Virus record (IMG/VR): IMGVR_UViG_3300013105_000002
Location: 1-64,000 of that record
Source: a virus
Taxonomy: Duplodnaviria; Heunggongvirae; Uroviricota; Caudoviricetes
Length of the DNA: 64,000 bases
Reading direction: 5' to 3' (one strand)
Position numbers and translations under genes: made by a program. A model generated the notes under the pieces. The model searched no databases. It was not told where the DNA came from and saw nothing but the letters and a program-made list of their open reading frames with translations. Positions 61,601 through 64,000 of the stretch are shown one piece after another; positions within the stretch are counted from its first letter, which is position 1, and the number at the start of each line of letters is the position of its first letter.

Positions 61601-64000
61601 AACGACGGTGACCTCTCTGCTGGTTCTGCAAAGAAGGTCGCTCAGGCTGGTCAGGACTTCTGGGACATGTATCTTACCGCTGACCCGATGAAGCGTAAGC
61701 AGTTGCTGATGGATGTGGCACAGGAAAACGACAAGTTCATCAATGATGCTTACAAGAAGATGACGAGTAATGCAAGCGATGCTGAGGTTCTGCGTAGCCG
61801 TGGAATCAACAATGCCCATGACCTTTCCCGTGCAATCGGTGAAGGAAGACTATCATCATCCGACCTAAGCACATATGGCGCAGAGTCATTCCAAGACCTA
61901 CAGAAGCGCAATGACTTCCTGAACAACTTCGCTCAGCAGGCCGCCCGCGCTGGTGGAGTTGCCGAAGAGAATATTCCAAAGATCGCTACATTCTTTGACC
62001 TGTTTCAGCAGGGCAAGTTCATTGACCTATTCGGTGATGCTCCAAAGAAGACAGAGAACTTCACGGATGGTCTTGCTGGACTGTATGATGGAATGTCCGG
62101 TGTGGGCAAGTCAACCTCAAAGGTCTACGGAGCAATGGATTACTTCCGTCAGGCAGCCGGTGGCGCAGCAGTTGACTCTGAGGTGTTCACCCAGAAGTTG
62201 CAGGACTTGGGCTATCAGGCCGGTATCACATATGACGAAGTTGCAAACTCATTCAAGGGCATCATGACTGCTACCCAGAGTGCAATGTTCGAAACCTCTG
62301 GCCGTCTGTTCTCAGAATTCCAGCAGAGCCAGATGGATGGATACCAGAAGTGGGCTCAGGATCAGTTGGACGCTCTTGACAAGAAGTCCGAGGCAAATGA
62401 CGCAAAGTTCGAACGTCGTCAGCGTGCTCAGGAGGCTCGTCAGGAGAAGGAGAAGCGTGCATTCGACAAGCGTTGGGATGACCGTAAGAAGCGTGAAGAG
62501 GACGCTTACGACGCTCGCATTTCCAAGATCGATGAGGCAATCAAGGCTGAGCAGAAGGCCGAGGACATTCGTCAGAAGATTTTCGAAGCCGAGCAGACTC
62601 GTATCCAGCGTCTATCACAGATGTTCTCACAGAACATCGATATCAATGCAGCAATCAACTCTGGACAGTTGGACGAAGCCGCTAAGTTGCAGGCAGCCGG
62701 TGCTGCTCAGGAACTTCAGTGGAACCTTGACGACTCCGCAGCAAATGCAGGCTCTGCATCGGCACAGCGCGTAGACGACCTGAATAAGCAGAAGGATTCG
62801 ATCGAGAAGCAGAAGACTGCTCGTATGGACATGCTTGACCAGATCAAGGAACGCGAGAAGCAGGACATGGACGACCGTCAGAAGCGTGAGGATCAGGCTC
62901 TGAAGGATGAAGAGGCTCGCTCAAAGAAGCGTATCGAAAATCAGAAGAAGGAGCAGGCTGCTAGCAACAAGGCTTACATTGATCGTAAGCAGCGTGAGCA
63001 GGAGGCTGACCGTCGTGAAGCAGAAACAAAGTTGGCAATTCTTCGCGCCTATCTACCAAAGAATGCAGCCGAGGCGGAGAAGCAGCGTGCCGCAATTGAG
63101 GCCATCTACAAGAAGTACGGACTGAAGTTGACTGCCTATGGAAAGGAATGGTCTGGCATTGTCGGGTCATCACTTACTACCGCTGTGCAGACCGAGGGTA
63201 ACCGTTTGAAGAGTGTTGTCAACTGGGCATCTGTTGGTTCTGACATTGCAAACGCAATGATCAAGGGTGCATTCAACATGACCCCTCAGGAGTTTGCAAA
63301 GTTCATCAACGGTGGCACTGCGCCAGATAACTCACTGTTCGGAAGCAACCCACAGTCTGGACTTGCAAAGACGCCACCGCGTAAGAAGACCTCCACCTAC
63401 GGTGGCCGTCTGAATGACCCGAACGACCGGGCCTACCACATCGGTGGTGTCGTGTCTCACGGTAATTCTCCGGGCCGTGTGGGACGTTCTGGTGGACGTA
63501 CCGCTGGTGAGGTGGACACGCGTCTTCTAGTTGGCGAGGGTGTTGTCAACCGCGAGGCAATGCGCATGATCGGTAAGGCCGGTCTGGACAACATCAACAA
63601 CAAGAAGTTCGGCAAGGGTGGAAGCCTTGGAATGGGATCACTGCCTGCTGTCATGGGCGTTGCTGCTGCAAAGCCTTTGATTCAGGGGACGCTTCGGGCT
63701 GCCTACAATGCACGTACGGGAGCAGCAAACAAGTTCGGTAAGAATGTTGGTGTCGCCCCCGACATTGCTTCTATCGCAAGCAACGCATTCTCTGCTGGTG
63801 TCTCTGTGGCATACAAGTCTGGAAAGGTTGTCTACCTAGGACACGGTGGATACCCCGGCGGTGGTAACTTCTCTGGAAACGTGAAGCCTATCAATGGTCC
63901 TGTTACTTCTGGATTCGGTCCACGTAACTTCCTTGGCATGTCCTTCCACAATGGTATCGACCTTGGTGCAGCCAGCGGAACCCCAATTAGGGCTTCTCAG
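58700..64000 (+). CDS. tape measure protein (N-terminal ~1760 codons; continues past window end)
   Basis: single open frame (phase of 58712) to the end of window; TM segments and coiled-coil; no canonical in-frame start near 5' end. Confidence 0.7.

Noticed and set aside
58818-63125. Several 65-164-aa ORFs listed in the track within 58.8-63.1 kb
   Set aside because: They are out of frame relative to the continuous tape-measure reading frame, which is open to the window end and was absent from the track only because it has no stop.
1-64000. Searched for CRISPR arrays, integrase/attP, terminase, toxin-antitoxin pairs
   Set aside because: No direct-repeat/spacer array, no tyrosine or serine recombinase motifs, and no terminase ATPase motifs were recognised in the window. 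Absence within the window is not absence from the genome.

Overview
The window looks like a 64-kb slice of a tailed (siphovirus-type) phage of an actinobacterial host. Supporting signs are WhiB-like and Lsr2-like proteins, many leaderless genes and hairpin terminators; GC content is moderate, with GC-rich islands at 22.7-23.7 kb and 28.6-38.5 kb. Genes are small and dense, almost all on the + strand, with one minus-strand block at 38.7-42.3 kb.

Layout from left to right:
- 0-26 kb: early/accessory genes and tRNAs. 7 tRNAs are present (3 Leu, 2 Thr, Gly, His); an HNH endonuclease is inserted between the two tRNA-Thr genes. Recognisable proteins are a DnaQ-like exonuclease, a metallophosphoesterase, an rIIA-like GHKL ATPase with an rIIB-like partner, WhiB, a nucleoside 2-deoxyribosyltransferase-like protein, thioredoxin, a CCA-adding enzyme, NADAR, DUF932, a Pol-beta nucleotidyltransferase, and several lipoproteins and small membrane-protein paralog families.
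- 26.4-37.6 kb: about 25 short transcription units with an unusual regulatory architecture.
  - Each has a sigma70-like promoter (TTGACA-16/17-TAGACT-like) preceded by 1-3 copies of a 14-16-bp palindrome ATACCC-N2-4-GGGTAT; there are about 43 copies in total. Many of the genes are leaderless.
  - The same promoters drive two Lsr2-type genes (three Lsr2-type DNA-binding domains in total), a SprT-like metalloprotease and dozens of ORFans.
  - They also drive four promoter-to-terminator units with no ORF, which are candidate ncRNAs.
  - A conserved ATCGTAAA motif occurs at 11 places (10 intergenic, one across a gene end), often in hairpin loops.
- 37.62-37.73 kb: a cluster of 8 DnaA-box 9-mers (oriC-like).
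- 38.7-42.3 kb (minus strand): ThyX, small ORFans and an Xis-like HTH protein.
- 42.8-64 kb (+): glycosyltransferase, class II ribonucleotide reductase, endolysin (M15 peptidase with peptidoglycan-binding repeats), LamG-domain protein, portal, prohead protease/scaffold, HK97-like major capsid, head-tail and tail genes, a tail assembly chaperone with a putative -1 frameshift, and the start of the tape measure protein (runs off the window).

Late genes use TTTGC(A/C)-17-TATAAT-like promoters. No terminase, integrase or CRISPR array was seen in the window.
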